DNA from: Solirubrobacteraceae bacterium
GTDB taxonomy: Bacteria > Actinomycetota > Thermoleophilia > Solirubrobacterales > Solirubrobacteraceae
Length of the DNA: 64,000 nt
Direction: 5' to 3'
Assembly: GCA_035566835.1 (NCBI GenBank)
Contig: DATMQG010000039.1
Coordinates: forward strand, 1,524-65,523
Every line of letters begins with the position of its first letter. Positions within the stretch are counted from its first letter, which is position 1. Below the pieces are notes generated by a model. It had not been told where the DNA came from and did no database searches. It saw nothing but the letters and a program-made list of their open reading frames with translations. A program made the translations under genes and the position numbers. Of the stretch, positions 37,204 to 47,652 are shown piece by piece.

Positions 37204-38067
37204 CTAGCCGCCGCCGTAGGAGACGATCAGGTCGGTTGCCACGCCGACGAGGAATCCCGTGGCGATCAGGTATAGGCCGAGCGTGTGGTGGCCGTAGCGG
37301 CGCATTCCGGTCCAAACCTCGCCGATCACGTACAGGACCGCGCCCCCGGCGAGCGCATAGAACAGGAGCTCGAGCGGGCTCGAGTGGACCTGATAGCCGA
37401 CGATCGTGCCAAGGAATGTCGGGCCGCCCGCCAGCAGCCCCGCGCGGCCAAGCCAGCCCCACGACGGCCGCTCGCCGCCGAGCGGGCCGACGATCCCGAA
37501 GCCCTCGGTCGCATTGTGCAGACCGAAGCCGATGATTAGGACCGTGGCGAGGGCGATCGCACCGGCCTTCGCCGAGACGCCGATCGCAAGTCCCTCGGCG
37601 AAGTTGTGCAGGCCGATCGCCGTCGCGATCACCATGCCGGTCTGCAATGCGCGCAGGCGTCGCTCCTCGACGCCCTCCTGTGTGCGGGCGAGCTCCTCGG
37701 CGCCGAGCACGGCCGTGACCTCGCCACCCGCGAGCGCGGGCGCAGCAGTGCGTCGCGGCCGCAGCCGGCGCTCGACGGCGGAAATGCCGGCTGTGCCCAG
37801 TGTGAAGCCCACGGCGAGCAGCGCGAACAGGCCGAGCACGTGACCGAAGCTGGCCGTGTTCGCCTTGAAATGGGCAACGCCCGTTTCGAGGATCGCCTCG
37901 CCGTGCTTGGTGACGTCCATGAAGATGAACGCGAGGATCCCGACCGAGAACATCGCCAGGCACACCCGCATGCGGTCGTCGACGCGCTTGACGCGTCCGA
38001 GCGGCAGCCCGATGAAGATCGTCAGCCCCGCGATCGCGCCCAGGGCTAGCGTCTCGCCGAAGCTCAT
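37204..38067 (-). CDS. ZIP family metal transporter
   Basis: IGLHNFAEGLAIG, GLHNATEGFGI. Confidence 0.92.
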   Translation of the reverse strand: MSFGETLALGAIAGLTIFIGLPLGRVKRVDDRMRVCLAMFSVGILAFIFMDVTKHGEAILETGVAHFKANTASFGHVLGLFALLAVGFTLGTAGISAVERRLRPRRTAAPALAGGEVTAVLGAEELARTQEGVEERRLRALQTGMVIATAIGLHNFAEGLAIGVSAKAGAIALATVLIIGFGLHNATEGFGIVGPLGGERPSWGWLGRAGLLAGGPTFLGTIVGYQVHSSPLELLFYALAGGAVLYVIGEVWTGMRRYGHHTLGLYLIATGFLVGVATDLIVSYGGG

Positions 38068-38093
38068 CTGCTTCTCGCGCTCAGGGGCCTTCG

Positions 38094-38109
38094 GTTAGGC
38101 ATGCCTAAC
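38094..38109. promoter_or_regulatory. DtxR/IdeR/MntR-type operator
   Basis: Perfect 16-bp palindrome GTTAGGCATGCCTAAC about 27 bp upstream of the ZIP start. Confidence 0.7.
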
Positions 38110-38176
38110 TTCTACCACACAGGTCGGGATTCCAACCGCGGATACCCGCCGCCGCCATTTCGGAGAGAATCATCCG

Positions 38177-38635
38177 ATGCATGTGACCGCGAAGGCCGAC
38201 TACGCCGTGCGCGCGATCGTGGAGCTGGCGGGCTCAAGCCAGCAGTCGCCGCGCAAGGTGGACGATGTGGCGCAGGCCCAGGGTATACCGGTCTCTTTCC
38301 TGGAGAACATCCTCACCCAGTTGCGCTCCTCCGGGATCGTCCGCAGCCAGCGTGGCCCCGAGGGCGGCTATTGGCTGGCGCGGCCCGCAGACGAGCTCAG
38401 CCTCGCGACGGTGATCCGGGCGGTCGAGGGTCCGCTCGTCGGCGTCCGCGGCCAGCGCCCCGAGGAGATCGAATACGTGGGCTCGGCCGAGTCTCTGCAG
38501 CAGGTCTGGATCGCGCTGCGTGCCAACCTGCGTAAAGTCCTCGAGCGCGTCACGATCGCTGATGTCGCGGCCGGGAGCCTGCCGGACGACGTGATGGCGC
38601 TCACGCGCGAAGAGCAGGCCTGGCAGACCCGTTAG
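38177..38635 (+). CDS. Rrf2 family regulator (Cys-free, CymR-like)
   Basis: [33 protein letters not shown]; no cysteines. Confidence 0.92.
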   Translation: MHVTAKADYAVRAIVELAGSSQQSPRKVDDVAQAQGIPVSFLENILTQLRSSGIVRSQRGPEGGYWLARPADELSLATVIRAVEGPLVGVRGQRPEEIEYVGSAESLQQVWIALRANLRKVLERVTIADVAAGSLPDDVMALTREEQAWQTR

Positions 38636-39588
38636 GACGCGAACACGCGCGGCGCCGGAATGCGCACCGACAGGATCTGACCCTCTCGCAGTTCCAGCTG
38701 CTGGGCACCCTCGCGCGTCACTTGCGCCCAGATCTCGCGGCCGTCGTGGAGCTTCAGCTCGACGCGCACCTCGAAGCCGAGATGCACCACGCGCTCGACG
38801 AGCGCCTCCTCGCCGCTGCTGTCGTCCTCGGGCAGGATCTGGATGTCGTGCGGTCGCAGGAAGGCGTCCCCGAGACGATTGACCGGGCCGATGAACGACA
38901 TCACGAACTCGTTCGCGGGGCTCTCGTAGAGATCGCTCGGCACGCCCGCCTGCTCGATCCGCCCGGCGTTCATCACGACGATCTGCTTCGCGACGTCCAT
39001 CGCCTCCTCCTGGTCGTGCGTGACGAAGATGGTCGTCACGTGGATCTCGTCGTGCAGCCTTCGCAGCCACTCGCGAAGCTCGCCCCGGACCTGCGCGTCG
39101 AGCGCGCCGAACGGCTCGTCGAGGAGCAAAACCTGCGGCTGCACCGCCAGCGCTCGCGCCAGCGCCATCCGCTGCAGCTGACCGCCGGAGAGCTGTGACG
39201 GGTAGCGTTCGGCCAGGCCGTCCAACCGCACGAGCGCCAGCAGCTCCCTCACGCGAGCGCTGACCTCCTGCTTGGAACGTTTGCGCACCGACAGGCCGAA
39301 GCCGACGTTGTCGTAAACGGTCATGTGCTTGAAGGGCGCGTAGTGCTGGAAGACGAAGCCGACGCCTCGCGTTCGCGCCGGCGAGTTGGTGACGTCGCTA
39401 CCGCCGATCAGCACCTCCCCGGTGTCGGGCGTCTCCAGTCCGGCGATGATCCTGAGCAACGTCGACTTGCCGCTGCCGCTTGGCCCGAGCAGCGCCGTCA
39501 AGGCGCCGTCCGCGACTGTCAGGCTGACGTCGTCCAACGCTGTGAAGTCGCCGAAGCGCTTTTCGACGCCACGAACCTCGATCGCCAT
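38632..39588 (-). CDS. cysA: Sulfate/thiosulfate ABC transporter ATP-binding protein
   Basis: [35 protein letters not shown] tail; start MAIEVRG. Confidence 0.9.
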   Translation of the reverse strand: MAIEVRGVEKRFGDFTALDDVSLTVADGALTALLGPSGSGKSTLLRIIAGLETPDTGEVLIGGSDVTNSPARTRGVGFVFQHYAPFKHMTVYDNVGFGLSVRKRSKQEVSARVRELLALVRLDGLAERYPSQLSGGQLQRMALARALAVQPQVLLLDEPFGALDAQVRGELREWLRRLHDEIHVTTIFVTHDQEEAMDVAKQIVVMNAGRIEQAGVPSDLYESPANEFVMSFIGPVNRLGDAFLRPHDIQILPEDDSSGEEALVERVVHLGFEVRVELKLHDGREIWAQVTREGAQQLELREGQILSVRIPAPRVFAS

Positions 39589-40508
39589 CAGGCCGGACCC
39601 TTTCGGTGCGCTCGTCGCGTCAGCAGGTTCATTGCCAGCAGCGTTCCGAAAGCGAGCAGCGCGAGGACGACCGCGGCGGTGTACGCGCCCGTCGAGTCGA
39701 AGTTCTCGAAGCGATCCTGCACGTACAGGGGCAGCGTCTGCGTCTGGTTCTCGATCCGCCCGGACACGATGCTGACCGCGCCGAACTCGCCGAGGGCGCG
39801 CGCCGCCGTGAGCACGACGCCGTACACGACGGCCCAGCGTATGCCCGGCAGCGTGATGCGCCAGAACGTCTGCCATGCGCCTGCGCCGAGGGTCGCCGCC
39901 GCCTGCTCGGAGTCGGTGCCCAGCTCCCGCAGGACGGGCATCGTCTCGCGCACCACGAACGGCAGCGAGACGACGGCCGTCGCGAGCACCATGCCGGGCA
40001 CCGAGAAGATCACCTGGATGCCGTGTTCACCGAGCCAGCTGCCGAACCAGCCGTGCTGGCCGTAGACGAGCACCAGCGACAGCCCGACCACGACCGGCGA
40101 GATCGCGAACGGCAGGTCGATCAGCAGCCCGAGGGCCGCCCGGCCGCGGAAGCGCCCGCGCTCGAGCAGCAGCGCCATCCCGATCCCGAAGACCGTGTTC
40201 AAGGGAACCGCGATCGCGGCGATCTCGAGCGAGAGCCAGAACGCGTGCTGGGCGCTTGGCGCCGTGATCGCGCTCCAAACAGGTGCGAGACCGTGTTCGA
40301 AGGTCCTGTAGAAGACCATCAGGACCGGGCCCAGAAGCAGCAGTGCCAGGTATCCAAGTGCGACGGTGCGTGCACCCAGCCTCCGCGCCCGCGCCGCCCG
40401 GGCGCTGCTCGCGGCGCCGGGCGCCGCCCCTCCCGCTGGCCGGTGAAGGAGCGGCCGCCCGCTCGCTCGAGGACCGAGCTCCATCGTCGCCTGGCTGCTA
40501 GAGGACAT
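39588..40508 (-). CDS. cysW: Sulfate ABC transporter permease
   Basis: [43 protein letters not shown]. Confidence 0.9.
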   Translation of the reverse strand: MSSSSQATMELGPRASGRPLLHRPAGGAAPGAASSARAARARRLGARTVALGYLALLLLGPVLMVFYRTFEHGLAPVWSAITAPSAQHAFWLSLEIAAIAVPLNTVFGIGMALLLERGRFRGRAALGLLIDLPFAISPVVVGLSLVLVYGQHGWFGSWLGEHGIQVIFSVPGMVLATAVVSLPFVVRETMPVLRELGTDSEQAAATLGAGAWQTFWRITLPGIRWAVVYGVVLTAARALGEFGAVSIVSGRIENQTQTLPLYVQDRFENFDSTGAYTAAVVLALLAFGTLLAMNLLTRRAHRKGPA

Positions 40509-41286
40509 GCCTGGACCTGCGCCGCAGCACGAACCCGAGCAGGGCGAGTACGAGCAGCGCCGCCACCAGCAGCACGACGGAGACGACAGCCGCGGCGGGG
40601 AGGTTTTCGTTTTGGATCTGCCCGAAGATGTACACCGACCCGGCCTCCGTCTTGAACGGCAGGTTCCCCGTGATCAGCACGAGCGACCCGTACTCGCCGA
40701 CCGCCCGGGCGAAGCTGAGCGCGGCGCCGGAGATGATCGCCGGCATCAGGCTGGGGAGGACGATCCGGCGCAGGACCGTCAGCGGCCGCGCACCCAGCGA
40801 GGCGGCCTGCTCCTCCATCGAGAGGTCGAGCTCCTCGAGCACCGGCTGCACCGACCGCACGACGAAGGGGAGCGTCACGAACAGGAGCGCCAGCGCCACG
40901 GCCGCGCGCGTGAAGGCGACATTGATCCCGATCGGGCTGCCCTTGCCGTAGAGCGCCAGCAGCACCACGCCGGCGACGATCGTCGGCAGCGCGAAGGGAA
41001 GGTCGATGACGCCATTGACGATGCTCTTGCCCGGGAATCGATCTCGCACGAGCACCCAGGCGAGCAGCGTCCCGAAGAGCGCGTTCACGACCACGACGAT
41101 GGCCGAGACGGCCAGCGTCAGCTTGATCGCGGCGAGCGCCTGCGGGTTGGAGATCTCCCGCCAGAAGGCGCCGATCCCGCCATTGGTGGACTGCGCTAGC
41201 AGCGCGGCGATCGGCAGCAGCACGAGCACGGAGAGGTAGATGCCGAGCAGGCCCTTTCCGAGCACGCCAGCTCCGCGCTCGCCCAT
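40498..41286 (-). CDS. cysT: Sulfate ABC transporter permease
   Basis: AWVLVRDRFPGK, DLPFALPTIVAG, FARAVGEYGS, GNLPFKTE. Confidence 0.9.
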   Translation of the reverse strand: MGERGAGVLGKGLLGIYLSVLVLLPIAALLAQSTNGGIGAFWREISNPQALAAIKLTLAVSAIVVVVNALFGTLLAWVLVRDRFPGKSIVNGVIDLPFALPTIVAGVVLLALYGKGSPIGINVAFTRAAVALALLFVTLPFVVRSVQPVLEELDLSMEEQAASLGARPLTVLRRIVLPSLMPAIISGAALSFARAVGEYGSLVLITGNLPFKTEAGSVYIFGQIQNENLPAAAVVSVVLLVAALLVLALLGFVLRRRSRHVL

Positions 41287-41326
41287 CTTGGGCGCTCGCC
41301 GGAGCGTCAGCGCGGGCGTTGTCGGA

Positions 41327-42331
41327 TTACTTGCCAGTGGAGACCCCGAGCGACTGCTCGATCTTCGCGACGATCCCCGTTTCGGGCTGGAAGAACTGCT
41401 TCGTGAGCGCCTTCCACCCGCCCAGCGATTCGATCGTGAATAGTTCCGGCGGCGTCGGGAACGAGCTCGCGCCCGGAACTCCGGAGATCACCGGGCGATA
41501 GCCCTTGGCGACCCAGATCGCCTGGCCCGCCGGCGAGATCAGGTAGTTGAGGAAGTGCTGTGCCGCCGTGTTGCTCGACCCCGTGACCGCGATCGGGTTC
41601 TGGATCAGCAGCGTGGCCTTCGGGATCACGTATTCGATCGCCGCTCCCTTCTTCTGATCCGCGATCGCCTCGTTCTCGTAGTCGACCAGCACATCGCCGC
41701 GCCCGGCGAGGAACGTCTGCAGGGCATTGCGCGCCGAGCTGTCCTGGCTGACCACGTGGTGGAAGAGTTCGGTGAGGTACGCCTGCGCCTGCGCCGGGCT
41801 CTTGCCTTCCTTCAGCTGCGCGCCATACGCCGCAGCGATGTTCCAGCGCGCGCTGCCGGAGGTGAACGGGTTCGGCGTCAGCACCTGCACGCCGGGCTTG
41901 ACGAGGTCAGACCACGTCGTGATGTGCTTGGGGTTGCCCTTGCGCACGATCAGCACGGCGACCGAGTTCGTGACGAAGCCGTGGGTCGCGTTCTGGTTCC
42001 AGCTCGCCGAGACCAATCCGGCCTTCACGAGCTTTTCAACGTCGGGTTCGAGCGAGAAGTTGACGACGTCCGCGTGCAGCCCGTTGGCGACCGACCGGCT
42101 CTGTTCGCCCGAGGGTCCGTAGGACTGGCTGAAGCTGACGCCCTTGCCTTCAGGTGTGCTCTGGAACGCCGGGATCAGCTTTTCGTAGGCGCCCTGGGGG
42201 GTCGAGTAGGCGACGAGCGTGAGGTGCTTGCCCTGCGAGCTCGAGGATCCGCAGGCGCCGAGCGCGAGCGCGGCGGCGATCAGGGAGACGGCGACGGCGA
42301 GTGTGCGTGGAGGCATGATCACTTTCTGCAT
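41327..42331 (-). CDS. sbp: Sulfate-binding lipoprotein
   Basis: Lipobox LGAC, QSYGPSGEQSRSV, VRKGNPK, PNPFTSGSARW, DVLVDYENEA. Confidence 0.9.
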   Translation of the reverse strand: MQKVIMPPRTLAVAVSLIAAALALGACGSSSSQGKHLTLVAYSTPQGAYEKLIPAFQSTPEGKGVSFSQSYGPSGEQSRSVANGLHADVVNFSLEPDVEKLVKAGLVSASWNQNATHGFVTNSVAVLIVRKGNPKHITTWSDLVKPGVQVLTPNPFTSGSARWNIAAAYGAQLKEGKSPAQAQAYLTELFHHVVSQDSSARNALQTFLAGRGDVLVDYENEAIADQKKGAAIEYVIPKATLLIQNPIAVTGSSNTAAQHFLNYLISPAGQAIWVAKGYRPVISGVPGASSFPTPPELFTIESLGGWKALTKQFFQPETGIVAKIEQSLGVSTGK

Positions 42332-42337
42332 CAATCA

Positions 42338-42383
42338 AGTTTATAAGATGAATAAACTAAAGTCTATCAAGATTAGGTAGATT
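42338..42383 (-). promoter_or_regulatory. AT-rich promoter with Rrf2-type imperfect palindrome
   Basis: TAAACT -10 six nt before the sbp ATG; AGTCTATC-N7-GGTAGATT at 42361-42383. Confidence 0.55.
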
Positions 42384-42384
42384 C

Positions 42385-42786
42385 GGTGGCTCTCGCGTGT
42401 TCGTCACGACCGAGACCGATCCAGATATCGCCGGCTTCTATGCACTCGCGGCGGGCGCGGTTATGCCGCGCGAAGCGTCGGTGCGGACCGTGCAGGGTTT
42501 GGCGGCTGACCAACCCGTACCGGTTGTCTTGCTCGGACGACTAGCTGTCGATGCCCGCCATCAGGGCCAGCATCTTGGGCGCTCACTGCTGCTGGACGCG
42601 ATGACGCGAGTCCTCGAGGCCGGCCAGCTGATCGGGATCCGCGCGCTGGTCGTTCACGCGGTCGACGAGCACGGACTGGATTGGTATGCCCAGTCCGGTT
42701 TTGAACGCTCACCGACCCATCCGCTGCACCTGATCCTCTTGATCAAGGATCTTCGCGCGACCGTCGAGAACCTCGCCACGGGTTGA
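42385..42786 (+). pseudogene. 5'-truncated GNAT toxin (TacT/AtaT-like tRNA acetyltransferase)
   Basis: GGSRVFV...AGFYALAAG...PVPVVLLGRLAVD...QGQHLGRSLLLDA...IGIRALVVHA...GFERSP..PLHL; N-terminal part missing, in-frame TAA at 42358, no antitoxin. Confidence 0.75.
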
Positions 42787-42801
42787 CCCGCCGGCCGGCT
42801 C

Positions 42802-43161
42802 CTATGGCACGCGGTGGCAGATGCCGAGCGCCCGTTCCCTGACTGGGCCCGCGGGCTCGCGCGAGGCAAGTGCGACGCATGCTTCCCGAACGAGTTCGCG
42901 CTGGGCTGCGGCGCTGGTGCCCACACGTTCGCAGGTCCTCAAGAGCCTTGCCTTCGTGCTCGCCGAGAGCGTCGACGGCGCTTGCACCGCGCGCTTGCAA
43001 GCTTCCACACGTTGTGGGGGGGTCAGCTGGGTCGCGGCGCTGCCCCGGCCGCCCGTCGCTGACGAGATCGTGCTCGATTTGGACTTGCTGCTGCTTCCGC
43101 ACCCACCGAGAAGCGCTCCGACGAGGACCGCGACGACCAGACCTGCGGACAGCTTGCGCAT
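42802..43161 (-). CDS. Putative Cys-rich lipoprotein
   Basis: LGGC lipobox, Ser-rich linker, four further Cys. Confidence 0.7.
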   Translation of the reverse strand: MRKLSAGLVVAVLVGALLGGCGSSSKSKSSTISSATGGRGSAATQLTPPQRVEACKRAVQAPSTLSASTKARLLRTCERVGTSAAAQRELVREACVALASREPAGPVRERALGICHRVP

Positions 43162-43457
43162 TGATGATCCTCTTTCTTCGAGGGACGTTCGCCGCCCGCT
43201 CCCGAATTGCTCGGCAGCCATCCTACCGATTGCTCCTAGGCGCCCGCGCCGCAAATATCAGCCCGTCGAGGTGGCGCTCGAGTCCGGAGGCTCGAGCCAA
43301 AGGACGCGTCTCGCACTGCCGTTCGCCCCCTTGCGTAACCTCCTCTCGATGCGGTGTCCGTGGCGATCCCACGCAGACCGGCGCGCCCGAGGCGCCCGCC
43401 GGCCTGGCTGCGGGCCGGCTGTGTTCGCCACGCGGGCGCTCCTGAGACGATGAGACG

Positions 43458-44933
43458 ATGAGCGACGTCCCCGAGGACGTCCTCACCTCAGCCCAGGCCG
43501 GCGGCAGGGTCATCCGCGGCAGCGCGATGCGGGTGGGGGCGAACGCCGCGGGCATCGCGGTGGGCCTACTTACCGCCACGCTGCTGCTACGCCACCTCGG
43601 GGTGGCGGAATCGGGCCGGTACGTCACGGTGCTCTCGTTGGTTGCGATCGCCGCAAGCGTGGTCGACCTGGGGCTGAACGTGAGCGGCAGTCGCGAGCTT
43701 GCCCTGTCCGGGCCGGAGGGCCGTGCCGCGCTTCGGGCCAACCTCCTTGGGCAGCGATTGTGGATCACGCCGGTCGCGTTGCTGGTGATCGTCTCCTTCG
43801 CGCTGCTTGCGGGCTATCCGACACGGATGGTGCTCGGCACCGTGCTGGCTGGAACCGGCCTGTACATCGTGTCGATCGCCGACGCGCTCCTGCTGCGCCT
43901 GACGGTCGAAATGCGCAACGCCGGCCTCGCGTTCGTCGACTTCTTCAAGCAGGCGGTCACGCTCGCATGCGTGGCTCTGCTCGTCGCGCTCGGCGCGCGC
44001 CTGCTGCCGTTCTTTGCCGTTCTGATCGTCACCGGCCTGGCGGTGTTGGCGATAACACCTCTGCTGGCCGGTTGGGAGGTCTTCGCGCTGCCCCGCTTCG
44101 ACCGCACAGAGCAGCGAGCGCTGCTGACCAAAGCGCTGCCGCTGGCGGCTGCGCTCGTCCTCGGGCAGGTCTACTTCCGCCTGGTGATCCTGCTGATGTC
44201 GCTGGTCTCCAATCCCAAGGAGACCGGCTACTACGGCGGCTCGCTGCGCGCGATGGAAGCGCTGGTGAGCCTCCCGATCCTGATCGCGGGCGTCGCGCTC
44301 CCGATGCTGGCGGCGGCGGCCCGCGACGATCGCGCACGGTTGCGCTACGCGATCGAGGGCCTCAGCGAGGGCGCGGTGATCGCCGGCGTGCTTGTGGTGC
44401 TAGTCACCGTGCGCGCGGCGGAGCCGGTGATGGTGATCATCGGCGGCCACGCCTTCCGTCCCTCGGGCGCGGTGCTGCGCATTCAGGTCGGCGCGCTGCT
44501 GTTTGGCGCGCTCGTCCAGATCTGGGCCGTGTCGCTCGTCGCGCTGGGTCATCAGCGGGAGCTGATCCTCACGAACGCGCTGGGTCTGTTGGGCGTGGCC
44601 CTGTTTGCCACCGCGCTCGTGGCGCCCTTCGGCGCTCAGGGTGGAGCGGCGGCGAGCGTGCTCGGCGACGCGTTGCTCGCAGCTCTCATCTATTGGCGCC
44701 TGCGCGCGTCCGCCGGCAGGATCGTTGTGCGCATGGGTTTCCTGGCAAGAGTCGCCGTGGCCGCCGGCGCCGCGAGCGCCGCCTTGCTGATCACCGGCCT
44801 ACCCGATTTCGTCGCGGCGGCGCTCGCCGGGGCGCTCTTCCTCGGCGTCGGTCAGCTGATCGGCATGGTGCCCGAGGAGCTGCGCGATGCGCTCGGCCCG
44901 CGCGGACTTCTACGGCGCCGAGGAGGCGTCTGA
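43458..44933 (+). CDS. Oligosaccharide flippase (Wzx/MOP family)
   Basis: About 14 TM, RHLGVAESGRY, DLGL, ETGYY, QGGAAASV. Confidence 0.85.
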   Translation: MSDVPEDVLTSAQAGGRVIRGSAMRVGANAAGIAVGLLTATLLLRHLGVAESGRYVTVLSLVAIAASVVDLGLNVSGSRELALSGPEGRAALRANLLGQRLWITPVALLVIVSFALLAGYPTRMVLGTVLAGTGLYIVSIADALLLRLTVEMRNAGLAFVDFFKQAVTLACVALLVALGARLLPFFAVLIVTGLAVLAITPLLAGWEVFALPRFDRTEQRALLTKALPLAAALVLGQVYFRLVILLMSLVSNPKETGYYGGSLRAMEALVSLPILIAGVALPMLAAAARDDRARLRYAIEGLSEGAVIAGVLVVLVTVRAAEPVMVIIGGHAFRPSGAVLRIQVGALLFGALVQIWAVSLVALGHQRELILTNALGLLGVALFATALVAPFGAQGGAAASVLGDALLAALIYWRLRASAGRIVVRMGFLARVAVAAGAASAALLITGLPDFVAAALAGALFLGVGQLIGMVPEELRDALGPRGLLRRRGGV

Positions 44934-45189
44934 GCGGCGGAAGTGCGGGTTGGTCTCCCGTCAATCGGTTATCTTGTGCCGCCGGACGGCCCGACGTGAT
45001 GGCATTCCTACTGTGATAAGGGGCACTGACGCCCCCATTGCTCCATCGGCGCGGAGAGCCCCGCGCGGGGGTGAGGTGCGCGCTCACGAGATCTGTCGGG
45101 CCGAGCCTGGCTTCGCTCGCGTTGCCCCTTGCCGCTCCAGCGCCGGATCGTCCGTCATCGGCGTGACGACATCGCCCGACGGCTAGCGC

Positions 45190-47652
45190 TTGCTGGCCTT
45201 GCTCCACGCCTGGGTCCTTTTCCCGGCCGCGCTCGGCCTGGCTGGTTACGGCCTGGGCCTGCTCGCGGAGGAGGCCTCGGGTCGGAAGCTGCCGGGAGCG
45301 CTGCTGGTGCCCACAGGCCTCGCCGGCGTCATCGTAATCGGCGCGATCGTCACCTCCTGGGAGGCGACGGCGCCCCTGGCGGTGTGGGTGGTGGGCGTTC
45401 TGGCGCTGATCGGCCTGGTGCGCCACGGGCGCTCGCGCCGCATCGATCCGTGGGCGCTCCTGGCCGCCGTCGCGGTGCTGCTTGCCTACGGGGCGCCCGT
45501 GCTGCTCTCCGGCCAGGCGACATTCGCGGGCTTCATCAAGCTCGACGACACCGCGACTTGGCTCGGGTTCACCGATCAGGTCATGTCGCACGGGCGCGCG
45601 GTGGCCAACCTGCCGAAGTCGACCTACGCCCTGGTCCTGCAATCGAATATCGGTACCGGCTATCCGCTGGGGTCGTTCATCCCGCTCGGGGTCGGACGAG
45701 CACTCGTCGACATGGACGGGGCCTGGGTCTTTCAGCCCTATCTCGCCTTCTGGGGCGCGATGGTGGCGCTCTGTGGCTACGCCCTGCTCGCCCCGGTGGT
45801 CGCGTCCCCTCGCATACGCGCACTCGCCGCGTTCATCGCTGCGCAGTCGGCGCTGCTTTATGGGTACAGCTTGTGGGGCGGCATCAAGGAGCTGACGCTC
45901 GCCTTCCTGGTGGTGCTCACGGTGGCCTTAGCCGTCGATGCGTTCCCCCGTTGGGAGGGCCGGCCGCGAGAGGTCGTTCCCCTCGCGCTCGCGTCCGGAG
46001 CCGTTATCGACGTCTTCGGTCCAGGTGGCGCGGTCTACGTGTTACCGCCGCTCGCACTGGTCGCGGTGGTCTGGCTGTGGCGGGCGCGCGCGGCGCACGT
46101 CCTGCGCCGCGGCTTGATACGCGTCGCCTCGCTCGCAGGCCTGACGCTCGCCTTCTCGCTGCCGATCCTTTTGATTCTGAGCGAGGCGCTGTCGTATGAG
46201 ACGCCGTTCACAGGCACGCAGCCAAACCGGGAGGCGGAACTTGGCAACCTCGTTCAGCCTCTGAGCGGATTTCAGCTTGGCGGCATCTGGCCGGTCCATG
46301 ACTTTCGCTACAGGCCGGAGACGGCGCCGACCGTGGCGCTGCTCGTGGTGGTGGGAGCGGCGGCCCTGGGCGCATTGGTATGGAGCTTTCGTCGCCGCCG
46401 AGGAGGCGTGGCCCTGTATGTCGGCGTCGCGCTGTTCACGTGCGCGGCTGGCTACCTCTACGGCGCCACGCCATGGGTGATCGGCAAGAGCCTGGCGATC
46501 GCCTCGCCGGCGGTGCCGCTGGCGGCGGCGATGGGCGGCGCACTGCTGTGGGGCCGCAGCCGCGTTGCGGGCGGGCTCGTGCTCGCAATTCTCGCCGGCG
46601 GCGTGCTCTATTCCAACGTGCTCCAGTACCACGACGCCACGCTTGCGCCGCGCTCACGGCTCGTGGAGCTGCAGACGATCGGCAGCCTTTTGGCAGGCAA
46701 GGGGCCGACGTTTGTGAGCGAATATGAAATCTACGCCGACCGGCATTTCCTGCGCAGCGGCGCACCCGTCGAGCCGGCGGAGTTCCGTCCGCTCACGCTG
46801 CCGCTAAGGGACGGCTCGTTCCTGACCAAGGGCGCATGGGCCGACCTCGACTCCTTCCCGCTCTCGACGCTTGAACCCTTCCGCTCGATCGTCACCCGGC
46901 GCTCCCCGGCGGAAAGCCGTCCGCCGTCGATCTACCAGCTCGTCTGGCAGGGGCACTACTACCAGCTGTGGCAGCGCCCGGCACAGCCCGCGACGAGGAT
47001 CCTCGAACACGTCCCTCTCGGTGAATCGAGCAAGCTGCCCTACTGCGGCGCGGCACAGAACGGATCGTCTAAGCCCCTGTGCTCGGTCAACCCCGCGGCC
47101 ACCCCCGCATGCCAAGAGATCCACACCCTCGCTCGCCAAGCGCTTCGCGAGAACGCACAGCTGGTCGCCTATCAGCGTCCCGAACCGATCGTCGCGCGCG
47201 GCGATGAAACCCGTTGGCCCGGTTTGTGGCAGCACGCCGCCGAACAACGCGTGCTGACGCCCACCACCGCCGGGCAGGCGGTCTCGCATATCGCCGTCCC
47301 CAGCGGTGAACGCTACGAAGTGTGGCTGGACGGGAGCTTCGGACTCGGCTTCGACGTGAGCGTCGACGGGGAACACCTGGGCAGGCTCAAGAACCAGCTC
47401 GCCCTCTTCAGCCAGATGGCCTATGTTCACCTTGCGAACGTGTTCCTGGAACCTGGTGTCCACACGTTCGTTTTCACGTACCCCCACGCCGACCTCACGC
47501 CTGGCAGCGGGAACAACGAATTCACCGCCCTGGCGGCGATCACGCTGCAGCCGCAGAAACCGGCGAGCGAACTGATAACCGTCGCCCCGCAGCAGGCGGC
47601 GCGCCTGTGCGGACGTCCGCTTGACTGGATCGAGCTGGTTACGATCGCATGA
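45190..47652 (+). CDS. Large GT-C-like membrane protein with C-terminal extracellular beta domain
   Basis: Multiple TM, KLDDTATW acidic motif in the first large loop, YPLG, ~330-aa soluble C-terminal region; not similar by eye to paralogues A-F. Confidence 0.65.
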   Translation: MLALLHAWVLFPAALGLAGYGLGLLAEEASGRKLPGALLVPTGLAGVIVIGAIVTSWEATAPLAVWVVGVLALIGLVRHGRSRRIDPWALLAAVAVLLAYGAPVLLSGQATFAGFIKLDDTATWLGFTDQVMSHGRAVANLPKSTYALVLQSNIGTGYPLGSFIPLGVGRALVDMDGAWVFQPYLAFWGAMVALCGYALLAPVVASPRIRALAAFIAAQSALLYGYSLWGGIKELTLAFLVVLTVALAVDAFPRWEGRPREVVPLALASGAVIDVFGPGGAVYVLPPLALVAVVWLWRARAAHVLRRGLIRVASLAGLTLAFSLPILLILSEALSYETPFTGTQPNREAELGNLVQPLSGFQLGGIWPVHDFRYRPETAPTVALLVVVGAAALGALVWSFRRRRGGVALYVGVALFTCAAGYLYGATPWVIGKSLAIASPAVPLAAAMGGALLWGRSRVAGGLVLAILAGGVLYSNVLQYHDATLAPRSRLVELQTIGSLLAGKGPTFVSEYEIYADRHFLRSGAPVEPAEFRPLTLPLRDGSFLTKGAWADLDSFPLSTLEPFRSIVTRRSPAESRPPSIYQLVWQGHYYQLWQRPAQPATRILEHVPLGESSKLPYCGAAQNGSSKPLCSVNPAATPACQEIHTLARQALRENAQLVAYQRPEPIVARGDETRWPGLWQHAAEQRVLTPTTAGQAVSHIAVPSGERYEVWLDGSFGLGFDVSVDGEHLGRLKNQLALFSQMAYVHLANVFLEPGVHTFVFTYPHADLTPGSGNNEFTALAAITLQPQKPASELITVAPQQAARLCGRPLDWIELVTIA

